Of a DNA stretch of 64,000 nt, positions 46,308 to 58,642 are shown piece by piece (position 1 is the stretch's first letter; the number at the start of each line of letters is the position of its first letter). This DNA is from Eledone cirrhosa (Eukaryota), in assembly GCA_964016885.1 (NCBI GenBank), contig OZ024740.1:254262001-254326000 (forward strand), written 5' to 3'. Below the pieces are notes generated by a model. It was not told the origin of the DNA, ran no database searches, and worked only from the letters and a program-made list of their open reading frames with translations. The position numbers were made by a program, and so were the translations under genes.

Positions 46308-48831
46308 TTGATGGTAAGTACTGCGCTCCACTTGATATAGGTTGCCAGTTTTGTCGGAATGGACGTGCACGGCATTAGAATCCTTAATAGAACAAATTCT
46401 ATTCTTCAGGTCTTGCTGGAAGGAATTGCTCCTATTCCGAAATTTGATACTCCGAATGAGTTCCAAGACATCATTTTCGAAGGGTAGCAATGCTGGGTTA
46501 CACGGGGGGTTATTATAGGTTTTAAATCCAAATTTATCCTGTTTGTTGTCTGCTTTTCGCGGGTTATCGAAATAAAAGGCACGCCAACGCAACCTTTTAA
46601 TGAACGCGTCTGTTTTCTGTATCAGGAGATTTAGGTATGTTTTCCTGCTTGGTACGGGTATGTTCTTTGTAGAAATATTCAGATGTTGTTTCTGCATGAT
46701 GAATATAAGTCAGTAGAGTGCTCAACTGAGGGAGCCAAACTACTACATAATGCTGTAACTAAGGATTACCGTAAAATTAATTGGTGCGTCATCAATGAAA
46801 TCAACGATGCTGGGTTTAAAATCACATCTGATCTCAACATCCTGGACCGGACCGAACCTCTGGACCCTATTTCTCCCCACTTTACCCTGAAGGATCACAA
46901 ATCCAATTTTCTGAACAACCCCCCCTATTCGGTTTATTAACCCTACGAAGTCCGATTTAGGTAGACTTAGTAAAAGGATTCTTGATAGAATTATACCTGA
47001 AATTAGAAGTTTGGCCCCTCTTGCACTGTGGAACAATTCTTTCGTGGCGATTGATTGGTTCAACGGCATATGTAACAAGGAACATTGCCGTTTTATCCAA
47101 TTCGACATCAACAATTACTACTCCTCCATCACTTTACCACTTCTCCTTAGAGCTATCAATTTCACTAAAACACTCACAGTGGTTAAGGATTTCGAAGTTG
47201 ATGTCATCCTCAATGCCTGAAAGTCGGTGATTAATTTCGACGACTCTATTTGGATTAAAAAATCCAATAGTACCCCATTCGACGTAAGTATGGGCGCCAG
47301 TGATTCTGCGGAGGTTACTGATCTTATCGGCCTTTTCCTTCTTTTCTCTATCAAGGACGAATTCCCCAACGCGGGCGGTGGTTTGTACCGTGACGATGGT
47401 CTTTTGACCATGACTAAGTGCGGACCTCATGCTTGAGACAGGTTCAGAAAAGAACTCACAGCCTTCTTTAAAGGCTTCAACCTCTCCATACAGGTTGAGG
47501 CCAATCTCTCGTTCGTTAATTAGCTTGACGTTACCCTCAATTTATTGAATGGGTTGTATTACCCGTATAGAAAGCCTAATGATACGCTTAATTACATAAG
47601 TAAGCATTCCAACCATCCTGCCAGCATAACCAAGAACCTGGTAAGAAACGTTTCGTTGAGGCTTTCCCGTCTTTCCACCAACGAGCGTATTTTCAACGAC
47701 CATTCCACTTATTACAATGAAGCTCTTGCTCGAAGTGGATTTGTCGATAAGGTAGCATATAGAGAGTACGAAAATAGACCTAGAAGAAATAGATCCCGTC
47801 GCATTTGTTGGTATAACCCACCATATAATATGGAGGTGGCCACACCATTAGCTAAGATTTTTCTTTCCCTTATTACGAAGCATTTTCCCCCTACACATAA
47901 ATATAGTAAAATTTTTAATAGAAATACTATTAAAATTTCTTACTCTACGACTCCTAACCTTGCACATAACATCACAGCTTCAAATTTAGCTAAACTACCT
48001 AGCCATAGGAACACGTGCAACCCTGTAAGTACTAATTGTAATTGTAGGAATCGGGTTGTTTGCCCCCTCTCCGGGAAATGCCTCTCTAGTAACATAGTCT
48101 ATAAATGTAAGGTTGTAACACCCACGTCCCGTAGGGCCTACATAGGGTTAACCGCCAATAGATTCAAGCAGCGTCTTTACACGCATACCCATTCTTTTCG
48201 TTACCCTCTAAGAAGGAATATGACGTCACTTTCAGCTTATATCTGGAGTCTAAAAGGCAACCACACCCAATATAAGTTACACTGGGAGATCCTAGCTAGG
48301 GCTAGATCGTATAACGGAAATAAAAGACCATGTGACCTCTGCGCTGCTGAGGCCCTGGAAATACTCTACGCCACAGACCACATCTTAAACAAAAAATCTG
48401 AGGCAATTTCGGCTTGTAAACATAAATTGCACAAATCTTTCCTGTGTTACAGCCCCACGTTATACCCTAACGGATAGTACGATCTATACGTGGATATTTT
48501 ACGTCTTGATGTGGGAGCTAAGTATATGTTTTGTTTATACCGTTACTTATTTGTATAGGTAAGTATATATTACCCGTATGTTTCGTGAAGGTACGTATAC
48601 CTTCTCGTACGTATATTTGATTGTTTATGTTATGGCGTATAATTTTTTTATTCTGGTACATATGGTTTGGCTATGTGTATACGGGAGTTTTGCGTCTGTG
48701 TGAGTATGCAGGTTCGTACGTATGTAGGGTGTGTGTATATGTGTACTTCATGTTTTGGTTGACTTAAGTCTCCGAACATTCGTGTATTTACATGTAGGTA
48801 TGTGTGTGCTTGTTATATACGTATTTATTAA

Positions 48832-49378
48832 AGATAGACGGTAGTCACGGAATAGGCAGACCTAGAAAAACCTGGGACGAGCTGATAAACTCCGACATCA
48901 CACACTTACACCTCTCCAAGACAATGTCACTGGACCGAGACCTTTGGCGGTACTCAGTAACAGAGAAGACCCGCCTTACCTAAATATATAGTAAAACCTA
49001 CTCCAGCCAGTAGGCATCTCTAACAAAATACACCCCGTCCCACCACCCCCACCCGATCCACACCACCCCGTTCTATGTAAAGTTATGTTGGTGCCGCGCC
49101 TTCGAGGCCGAAACAAATGAGATCGTGTAGGTGTCACGACAAAAAAACACACAGTCCACGCTGTAATGTGGCCGTGTAGGCAACACGGTAAAAACCTCCC
49201 AGACCCACACTGTAAATGTGGTTGGTGTTAGGAAGGGCATCCAACTGTAGAAAACCTGCCAGACAGTCCTATGCGAGCAAGACAATCACTCTTGCCTCAA
49301 GTGGGACTACCCCCGTCCAAACCCATGCAAGCGTGGAACACGGACGTTAAACGTTGATGATGATGATGATGATGATGA
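48832..49378 (+). mobile_element. RTE family B 3' fragment nested in the PLE 3' region
   Basis: Near-identical to 41651-42166 plus a ~30-bp extra segment; (GAT)n tail. Confidence 0.93.
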
Positions 49379-49611
49379 TTTATATCCGTTTATATAATTA
49401 TTTATTTATTTGTATACACGCATACACACACACATATTTATATGTGCGTGGTTTTGTATACCTATGGTAATTGTTTTGCGTATGCTTGTGTATGTACGTA
49501 TCTGTTTGCATGTATGTATTTATTTGTTTGTTCCTATTACTTCTGTATTGTATTTATTTACTTTGTTCTTAACTCTGTAGCGGAGATTCATTCGGTCTCC
49601 TAGTTATAATT

Positions 49612-49880
49612 TTAGTCTACGACTTCTGCTATACCATTTACGTGATTTTGTCTTTGCGTGCTATTGTTCTCCACGCTCCACATATGACGTATTATCTTCG
49701 TTTTTTCGTTCATTGCCAGAGAACGTCTCTATGCACCACCTAAGAGAACATTAGTCTACGACCTCTTTTATACCATAAACGTGGTTCTGTCTTTGCGCGT
49801 AATTGTTTTTCACCGCTCCTATTAACAACGTATCTTATTCGTTTTTTCCCGTTCTTTGCCAGCGAACGTTTCCACGAACC
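49612..49880 (+). repeat. Two diverged ~139-bp tandem units in the PLE 3' region
   Basis: Both begin ttagtctacgac (49612, 49751). Confidence 0.8.
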
Positions 49881-49943
49881 AAAGTATCGTCTTCCTGTCT
49901 TCATCCGGTTGCAACGTTTTTTAAAATATCCACTTCTGCGTTT

Positions 49944-50019
49944 ACAGATTGACTTTGTTAGTTTCAGAAGATCCCGTTAAGGGTGAAAGCAGCGATTCTT
50001 TGCTTAAACTTTAATCTGT
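49944..50019 (+). ncRNA. Type I hammerhead-like motif with variant core (CAGAAGA)
   Basis: Stem I acagauuga(cuuuguu)aguuu/aaacu-uuaaucugu; stem II CCC-guuaa-GGG; GAAA; stem III GCAG/UUGC; CUU triplet. Confidence 0.55.
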
Positions 50020-50244
50020 TATTTTAATAAATAAATATATATATATATACAGTTTAATTTATTATTTGTGTGACCCGAATTTTCCTGGTCGTTTTTTCGG
50101 CTGTGCGAATGATTGTAAGCATTGTCTCTATGTGTTGGTATTTAAACGATAATTATAGCTCTGGTTTATCCAAACTATTGAGGCCTTTACCAAATATTTC
50201 AAAGATTGTGTTATTTCGGGGGCCGAGATTCCGATTCTCGATAA

Positions 50245-51557
<1,313 letters not shown>

Positions 51558-53698
51558 AGTAGCTTTTTTCATGACGTTATTATTGTTAATTTTACTGATG
51601 TAGTATTAACTTATTAACTTGGATATTTACCATGCGGTATTCTAATCCTATTGTATCTCTCTCAGTTATTTACCATGCGGCCCTCAGTTCCTACCCCCCC
51701 CCCTCTCTATGCACTTCTTTAAGGCTTACTACCCTGTCTTTAACCTAATTCATTCAATCTGAAAATATTGAAGAGATAAGACACTTTCCCATTCTTCTCT
51801 GCTAAAATGTACCACTAGAGCTGATTCCAATTTTCCCAGCCAGCCATCCATCTAATCTACGAAGGTATTTTAGCCTACATATTGTCGTTAATATTATGAT
51901 GTTCCCTGCTGTATTAGCGTTAAATTTTCCCTGCTGTATTAGCGATAAATTTTCGAGGGTTTCTCTTAGTAGCTTTTTTCATGACGTTATTATTGTTAAT
52001 TTTACTGATGTAGTATTAACTTATTAACTTGGATATTTACCATGCGGTATTCTAATCCTATTGTATCTCTCTCAGTTATTTACCATGCGGCCCTCAGTTC
52101 CTACCCCCCCCCTCTCTATGCACTTCTTTAAGGCTTACTACCCTGTCTTTAACCTAATTCATTCAATCTGAAAATATTGAAGAGATAAGACACTTTCCCA
52201 TTCTTCTCTGCTAAAATGTATCACTAGAGCTGCTGATTCCAATTTTCCCAGCCAGCCATCCATCTAATCTACGAAGGTATTTTAGCCTACATATTGTCGT
52301 TAATATTATGATGTTCCCTGCTGTATTAGCGTTAAATTTTCCCTGCTGTATTAGCGATAAATTTTCGAGGGTTTCTCTTAGTAGCTTTTTTCATGACGTT
52401 ATTATTGTTAATTTTACTGATGTAGTATTAACTTATTAACTTGGATATTTACCATGCGGTATTCTAATCCTATTGTATCTCTCTCAGTTATTTACCATGC
52501 GGCCCTCAGTTCCTACCCCCCCCCCTCTCTATGCACTTCTTTAAGGCTTACTACCCTGTCTTTAACCTAATTCATTCAATCTGAAAATATTGAAGAGATA
52601 AGACACTTTCCCATTCTTCTCTGCTAAAATGTACCACTAGAGCTGATTCCAATTTTCCCAGCCAGCCATCCATCTAATCTACGAAGGTATTTTAGCCTAC
52701 ATATTGTCGTTAATATTATGATGTTCCCTGCTGTATTAGCGTTAAATTTTCCCTGCTGTATTAGCGATAAATTTTCGAGGGTTTCTCTTAGTAGCTTTTT
52801 TCATGACGTTATTATTGTTAATTTTACTGATGTAGTATTAACTTATTAACTTGGATATTTACCATGCGGTATTCTAATCCTATTGTATCTCTCTCAGTTA
52901 TTTACCATGCGGCCCTCAGTTCCTACCCCCCCCCCTCTCTATGCACTTCTTTAAGGCTTACTACCCTGTCTTTAACCTAATTCATTCAATCTGAAAATAT
53001 TGAAGAGATAAGACACTTTCCCATTCTTCTCTGCTAAAATGTATCACTAGAGCTGCTGATTCCAATTTTCCCAGCCAGCCATCCATCTAATCTACGAAGG
53101 TATTTTAGCCTACATATTGTCGTTAATATTATGATGTTCCCTGCTGTATTAGCGTTAAATTTTCACTGCTGTATTAGCGATAAATTTTCGAGGGTTTCTC
53201 TTAGTAGCTTTTTTCATGACGTTATTATTGTTAATTTTACTGATGTAGTATTAACTTATTAACTTGGATATTTACCATGCGGTATTCTAATCCTATTGTA
53301 TCTCTCTCAGTTATTTACCATGCGGCCCTCAGTTCCTACCCCCCCCCTCTCTATGCACTTCTTTAAGGCTTACTACCCTGTCTTTAACCTAATTCATTCA
53401 ATCTGAAAATATTGAAGAGATAAGACACTTTCCCATTCTTCTCTGCTAAAATGTACCACTAGAGCTGATTTCAATTTTCCCAGCCAGCCATCCATCTAAT
53501 CTACGAAGGTATTTTAGCCTACATATTGTCGTTAATATTATGATGTTCCCTGCTGTATTAGCGTTAAATTTTCCCTGCTGTATTAGCGATAAATTTTCGA
53601 GGGTTTCTCTTAGTAGCTTTTTTCATGACGTTATTATTGTTAATTTTACTGATGTAGTATTAACTTGGATATTTACCATGCGACCCTCAGTTCCTACC
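51558..53698 (+). repeat. Tandem array of ~410-bp units (5 full plus 1 partial) at the 5' end of RTE-A
   Basis: Units start agtagcttttttcatgacg at 51558, 51968, 52380, 52790, 53203, 53612. Confidence 0.97.
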
Positions 53699-53940
53699 TC
53701 ACAATTTCCCTCCCCCCACCCCCACACACCACCATAGTCTATTCGACCAATCAAACCTAGCATGCCATTTCCACTGCTGCTGCTGCTACTACCTGCCTAA
53801 CTAACTCTCTCCTCCTCTGGCGCATCCCAACACACCCTGCCATTACCCCACCACCACTGTCCTTCTAGCCCTCAATTTTCCCACCGTTATGGATGGATGA
53901 GCTGGGAATACACGAGCAACTCTGAATCAATAGATGAAAT

Positions 53941-56900
53941 ATGAATCTGCGAGCTACCAAGCACCCACGTGAAGCGCCAACCCAGAGACCCTCCCCTACG
54001 AGTGTCGACAAATGCCCAAAACTCCGAGTTGGTACCATCAATGTAGGCTCAATGAAAGGAAGAGCAGGAGAAATCGTAGAAATGCTAGAGCGAAAGGAAG
54101 TTGATGTATGCTGTGTGCAAGAGACTAGATGGAGAGGAGGGTCTGCTAGAGTCCTTGTAGGAAAAAGCCAGTGCTACAAATTTTTCTGGGTGGGAAATGA
54201 CGATGGGATGGGTGGTGTAGGTATACTATTAGCTGACAAGTGGGTAGATAAAGTAATCTCAGTGTACAGGGTAAATGCAAGAATCATTAAACTCAGACTA
54301 GTCCTGAATAAGACAATTACCACAATAATATCAGCTTACGCACCCCAATCGGGGCTGCCAGACGAACTTAAGGATAGGTTTTACGAGTCCCTAATACACA
54401 CTACTGCTCTAACAGACGACAAGGACTTCCTAATCATTGCAGGAGATTTTAACGGACACGTAGGTAAACACTGCGACGGCTTCAATAGAGTACATGGAGG
54501 CCATGGAGTTGGCACAAGGAATGAGGAAGGATTCAGACTTCTAGAATTCTGCGACGCCAATGACATGTCGATATGTAACACAAACTTTAAAAAACCCGAC
54601 AACCACCTGATCACCTATAGATCAGGGGAGCACTCTAGTCAGTTAGATTTTATCCTCATCAGAGGACGTGACAGATGGACGGTCGTAAACACAAAAGCCT
54701 TCCCTAGTGAGGAATGTACATCCCAACATAGCTTAGTTGTCAGCGACCTCACGGTCAGAACTAGACGAGCCCTGAAACAGAGGCCAACCTGGAGAAGAAA
54801 GATCTGGAAGCTGAAAGTCCCCTCAACCAGTAACAGATTTAAAGATATTTTACTCAACGCCTACGACAGTAAAGAAGAACAGATAGAGACATTTAACGTA
54901 GAAGAGAACTGGGAGTTCCTAAAAAATAACTTACTAGAGGCGACGGATGAGGTTTGTGGCTGGAGTAAGACCTCAAGCAGGAGGAGAGTGACTTGGTGGT
55001 GGAACAATAAGGTAGATGAAGCAGTCAAGGCCAAGAGACAGGCATGGAAAGAATGGAAGAACGGGGGGAGCAGGGTACATTACATAGAGACCAAGAGGGA
55101 AGCTAGGCGACAAGTATACTTAGCTAGGAGGGAAGCAGAGGATAGAAAATTCAAGCATGTTTTACAACGTGAGGACCAGAAACAGGAGGTATTCAAGATT
55201 GCGAGGCAGTGTGTCAGAGATAGTTGTGATGTCATTGGAGAGAAGTGTATCCGGAATGATAAAGGTGAGCTTGCCCTCACAAGTGCTGAGAAGAAAGATG
55301 CATGGAAGAGTCATTATGATAGATTACTAAATGAGGAGAATGCATGGGAAGAAGAGACCCTACCCCACGTAGACCCTATAGAGGGACCAGCAGTACAAGT
55401 CAGCGGCAGCGTAGTAAGTAAGGCAATCAGAGATATGAAGATAGGGAAGGCAACCGGTCCATCGGGTATAGCTGCCGAGATGCTGAAGGCATCTGGGTCT
55501 GTAGGTCACACTATAACCACACGTATCGTTAACCAGGTAATACTAGAGGGGGCCATACCAAAAGATTGGTGCAGTAGCATCATTGTCAACTGCTACAAAG
55601 GTAAAGGCGATGCACTAGATAGAGGAAACTATAGAGGTATAAAGTTGATGGACCAGGTCATGAAAGTAACAGAAAGAGTTATAGCACAGCTGATTAGGGA
55701 CCGGGTGAATATAGACGAGATGCAATTTGGGTTTGTACCAGGGAAAGGCACCACTGATGCGCTCTTCCTTGTGAGGCAATTACAGGAAAAGTACCTAGCT
55801 AAAAGTAAGCCACTCTACTTGGCATTTGTCGACCTTGAGAAAGCCTTTGACAGAGTTCCACGTGCAGTAATCTGGTGGGCTCTTAGAAAACTAGGAGTAG
55901 ATGAATGGCTTGTGAAAGCGGTACAAGCCATGTATAGGGGAGCAGTCAGCAAAGTTAGGATTGGCAATGAGTATAGCGAGGAATTTAGCGTACAGGTTGG
56001 GGTCCACCAGGGCTCTGTTCTTAGCCCTCTCCTGTTCATCATAGTCCTGCAGGCAATAACGGAGGAGTTTAAGACCGGATGCCCATGGGAACTCCTGTAT
56101 GCTGATGACCTCGCACTCATAGCTGAATCTATGGTAGAACTAGAGAATAAATTCCAAACCTGGAAGCAGGGACTAGAGAGAAAGGGCCTCAAAGTCAACA
56201 TGACAAAGACTAAGGTCCTTATAAGTAGACGAGAAAACAGAACCCAGATCCCCTCAGGGAAATGGCCTTGCTCAGTATGTAGGAAAGGTGTAGGTAGGAA
56301 CTCCATTCTTTGCCCCAAATGCAAACAATGGGTACACAAGAGATGTAGCGGGATCTCAGGAAGCTTAATTAAGAATGTAGGATTCACATGCAGCAGCTGT
56401 GCTGAAACAGCAAGCAAACAGCCACAGGAAACAAGTACCACCAATCTCTGGGAGGGCCCTGTAGAAACAGTAGACAGCTTCTGCTACCTAGGTGACCGAA
56501 TTAGCAACGGAGGTGGGTGCTCAGAAAGTACAATAACTAGGGTAAGAACGGGATGGAAGAAGTTTAGGGAACTACTACCACTGCTAGCTGCAAAAGGCTT
56601 CTCCCTCAGAATGAAAGGCAGACTGTATGATGCGTGTATCCGAACAGCGATGTTGCATGGTAGTGAGACCTGGGCGCTGAAGGTGGAAGACTTACGTAGA
56701 TTAGAGAGAAACGAAGCCTGCATGCTCCGATGGATGTGTAACAGTAATATACGTGAACGACAAAGCATAAATGAATTGAGAGAGAGACTGAGCATAAGAG
56801 GAATCAAATGCTGCGTGCAGGAGAGGCGGTTACGCTGGTATGGACATGTGATGCGTATGAAGGATGACAGCTGCATAAAAAGGTGCAGAGCACTAGAAGT

Positions 56901-57060
56901 TGATGGAAACCGCGGAGTGGGGAGACCCAAGATGACTTGGGATGAGGTGATAAAAGCCGACCTTACCCAACTACACCTCTCAAAGTCAATGACACACGAC
57001 CGTGACTTCTGGCGTCACGCAGTAATACAGGGTACCCGACCTCCCATGGGTACATGCTGA
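53941..57060 (+). CDS. RTE ORF, 1039 aa: AP endonuclease, RT and PHD-type C4HC3 finger
   Basis: GTINVG, VQETRW, SAYAPQ, GDFNGH, SQH; YRGIKL, DLEKAFDRV, HQGSVLSP, LYADD; CSVC...CPKC..WVH..C...CSSC. Confidence 0.97.
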   Translation: MNLRATKHPREAPTQRPSPTSVDKCPKLRVGTINVGSMKGRAGEIVEMLERKEVDVCCVQETRWRGGSARVLVGKSQCYKFFWVGNDDGMGGVGILLADKWVDKVISVYRVNARIIKLRLVLNKTITTIISAYAPQSGLPDELKDRFYESLIHTTALTDDKDFLIIAGDFNGHVGKHCDGFNRVHGGHGVGTRNEEGFRLLEFCDANDMSICNTNFKKPDNHLITYRSGEHSSQLDFILIRGRDRWTVVNTKAFPSEECTSQHSLVVSDLTVRTRRALKQRPTWRRKIWKLKVPSTSNRFKDILLNAYDSKEEQIETFNVEENWEFLKNNLLEATDEVCGWSKTSSRRRVTWWWNNKVDEAVKAKRQAWKEWKNGGSRVHYIETKREARRQVYLARREAEDRKFKHVLQREDQKQEVFKIARQCVRDSCDVIGEKCIRNDKGELALTSAEKKDAWKSHYDRLLNEENAWEEETLPHVDPIEGPAVQVSGSVVSKAIRDMKIGKATGPSGIAAEMLKASGSVGHTITTRIVNQVILEGAIPKDWCSSIIVNCYKGKGDALDRGNYRGIKLMDQVMKVTERVIAQLIRDRVNIDEMQFGFVPGKGTTDALFLVRQLQEKYLAKSKPLYLAFVDLEKAFDRVPRAVIWWALRKLGVDEWLVKAVQAMYRGAVSKVRIGNEYSEEFSVQVGVHQGSVLSPLLFIIVLQAITEEFKTGCPWELLYADDLALIAESMVELENKFQTWKQGLERKGLKVNMTKTKVLISRRENRTQIPSGKWPCSVCRKGVGRNSILCPKCKQWVHKRCSGISGSLIKNVGFTCSSCAETASKQPQETSTTNLWEGPVETVDSFCYLGDRISNGGGCSESTITRVRTGWKKFRELLPLLAAKGFSLRMKGRLYDACIRTAMLHGSETWALKVEDLRRLERNEACMLRWMCNSNIRERQSINELRERLSIRGIKCCVQERRLRWYGHVMRMKDDSCIKRCRALEVDGNRGVGRPKMTWDEVIKADLTQLHLSKSMTHDRDFWRHAVIQGTRPPMGTC

Positions 57061-57369
57061 AGCATATAAACAATATGCCCCCCCCCCACCCCACCCCACC
57101 GCAAGGTGGTCGTGGAGGTGCCACGGCAAAAAAGCACCCAGCCCACACTGTAAAGTGGACGTGTAGGCGCCACGAAAAAGCACCCAGCACTCACTGTAAA
57201 TGAGGTTGGTGTTAGGAAGGGCATCCAGCTGTAGAAATCAAGCCAGATCAGTTCCTGTATGAGCAAGGCATGGTCAGCCGACCAGACACTGCCCACAACA
57301 GGACAACCCGTCTAACCCATGCTAGCGTGGAAGAACGGACGTAAAACGGTGATGATGATGATGATGATG

Positions 57370-57418
<49 letters not shown>

Positions 57419-57555
57419 CATATATATACATATATATATATATACATATATATACATATATATATATATACATATATATACATATATATATATATACATA
57501 TATATACATATATATATATATATACATATATATACATATATATACATATATATAC

Positions 57556-57609
<54 letters not shown>

Positions 57610-57762
57610 GTATATACATATATATATATCTGTATATACATATATATATATCTGTATATACATATATATATCTGTATATACATATATATATATCTGTATA
57701 TACATATATATATATCTGTATATACATATATATATATCTGTATATACATATATATATATCTG

Positions 57763-57802
<40 letters not shown>

Positions 57803-57861
57803 TCTGTATATACATATATATATATATATCTGTATATATATGCATATATATATATATCTGT

Positions 57862-58028
57862 ATCATCATCATCATCATCATCGTTTAACGTCCATGTTCC
57901 ACGCTTGCATGGGTTTGGACGGGAGTTTTCCCACTTGAGGCAAGAGTGGTTGTCATTGCTCGCATAGGACTGTCTGGCGGGTTTTCTACAGCTGGATGCC
58001 CTTCCTAACACCAACCACATTTACAGTG
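57862..58028 (-). mobile_element. Short RTE-B 3' end, tail-to-tail with RTE-A across a microsatellite
   Basis: (ATC)n-gtttaacgtccatgttccacgcttgcatggg... Confidence 0.88.
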
Positions 58029-58100
58029 TGTATATATATATATATATCTATATATATATATCTATATATATATATCTGTATATATATATATATATCTATA

Positions 58101-58147
<47 letters not shown>

Positions 58148-58200
58148 ATATGCATATATATATATATATATCTATATGCATATATATATATATATCTATA

Positions 58201-58239
<39 letters not shown>

Positions 58240-58242
58240 ATA

Positions 58243-58277
<35 letters not shown>

Positions 58278-58280
58278 ATA

Positions 58281-58321
<41 letters not shown>

Positions 58322-58330
58322 ATATGCATA

Positions 58331-58377
<47 letters not shown>

Positions 58378-58607
58378 ATGAAAAATTGAACAGGAACAAA
58401 ACAGAGAGGCAGTACAACGAATGTTTATTAATTTCACGCTTTTGAGAGTGGGGTATATACATATCTGTATATATATATATACATCTGTATATATATATAT
58501 ATATATATATATACATCTGTATATATATATATATATATATATACATCTGTATATATATATATATATATATATACATATCTGTATATATATATATATATAT
58601 ATACATA

Positions 58608-58638
<31 letters not shown>

Positions 58639-58642
<4 letters not shown>

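Larger units (their letters stand above)
46303..50253 (+). mobile_element. Penelope-like element (RT plus C-terminal GIY-YIG) with an inverted 5' segment (46303-~46735)
   Basis: Minus: KNIPVPS...FIKRLRWRA...SDKTGNLY. Plus: FDINNYY, MGASD, LYRDDGL, LDVTL, WYNPP, CNCRNRVVCPLSGKC, IVY...YIG. Frameshift at ~46921, stops at 47218, 47434, 47521. Confidence 0.92.
51558..57371 (+). mobile_element. Full-length, potentially active RTE family A LINE
   Basis: 5' monomers, leader, single intact ORF, 3'UTR and (GAT)n tail; two near-identical truncated copies in the window. Confidence 0.93.

Noticed and set aside
47218-47523. In-frame TGA codons in the PLE RT as possible selenocysteine
   Set aside because: The same ORF also has a TAG and a frameshift, and the TGA positions are not evidently Cys sites; ordinary decay is simpler.
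51558-53698. Regular repeat array as CRISPR
   Set aside because: Whole 410-bp units repeat with no unique spacers; eukaryotic context and no cas genes.
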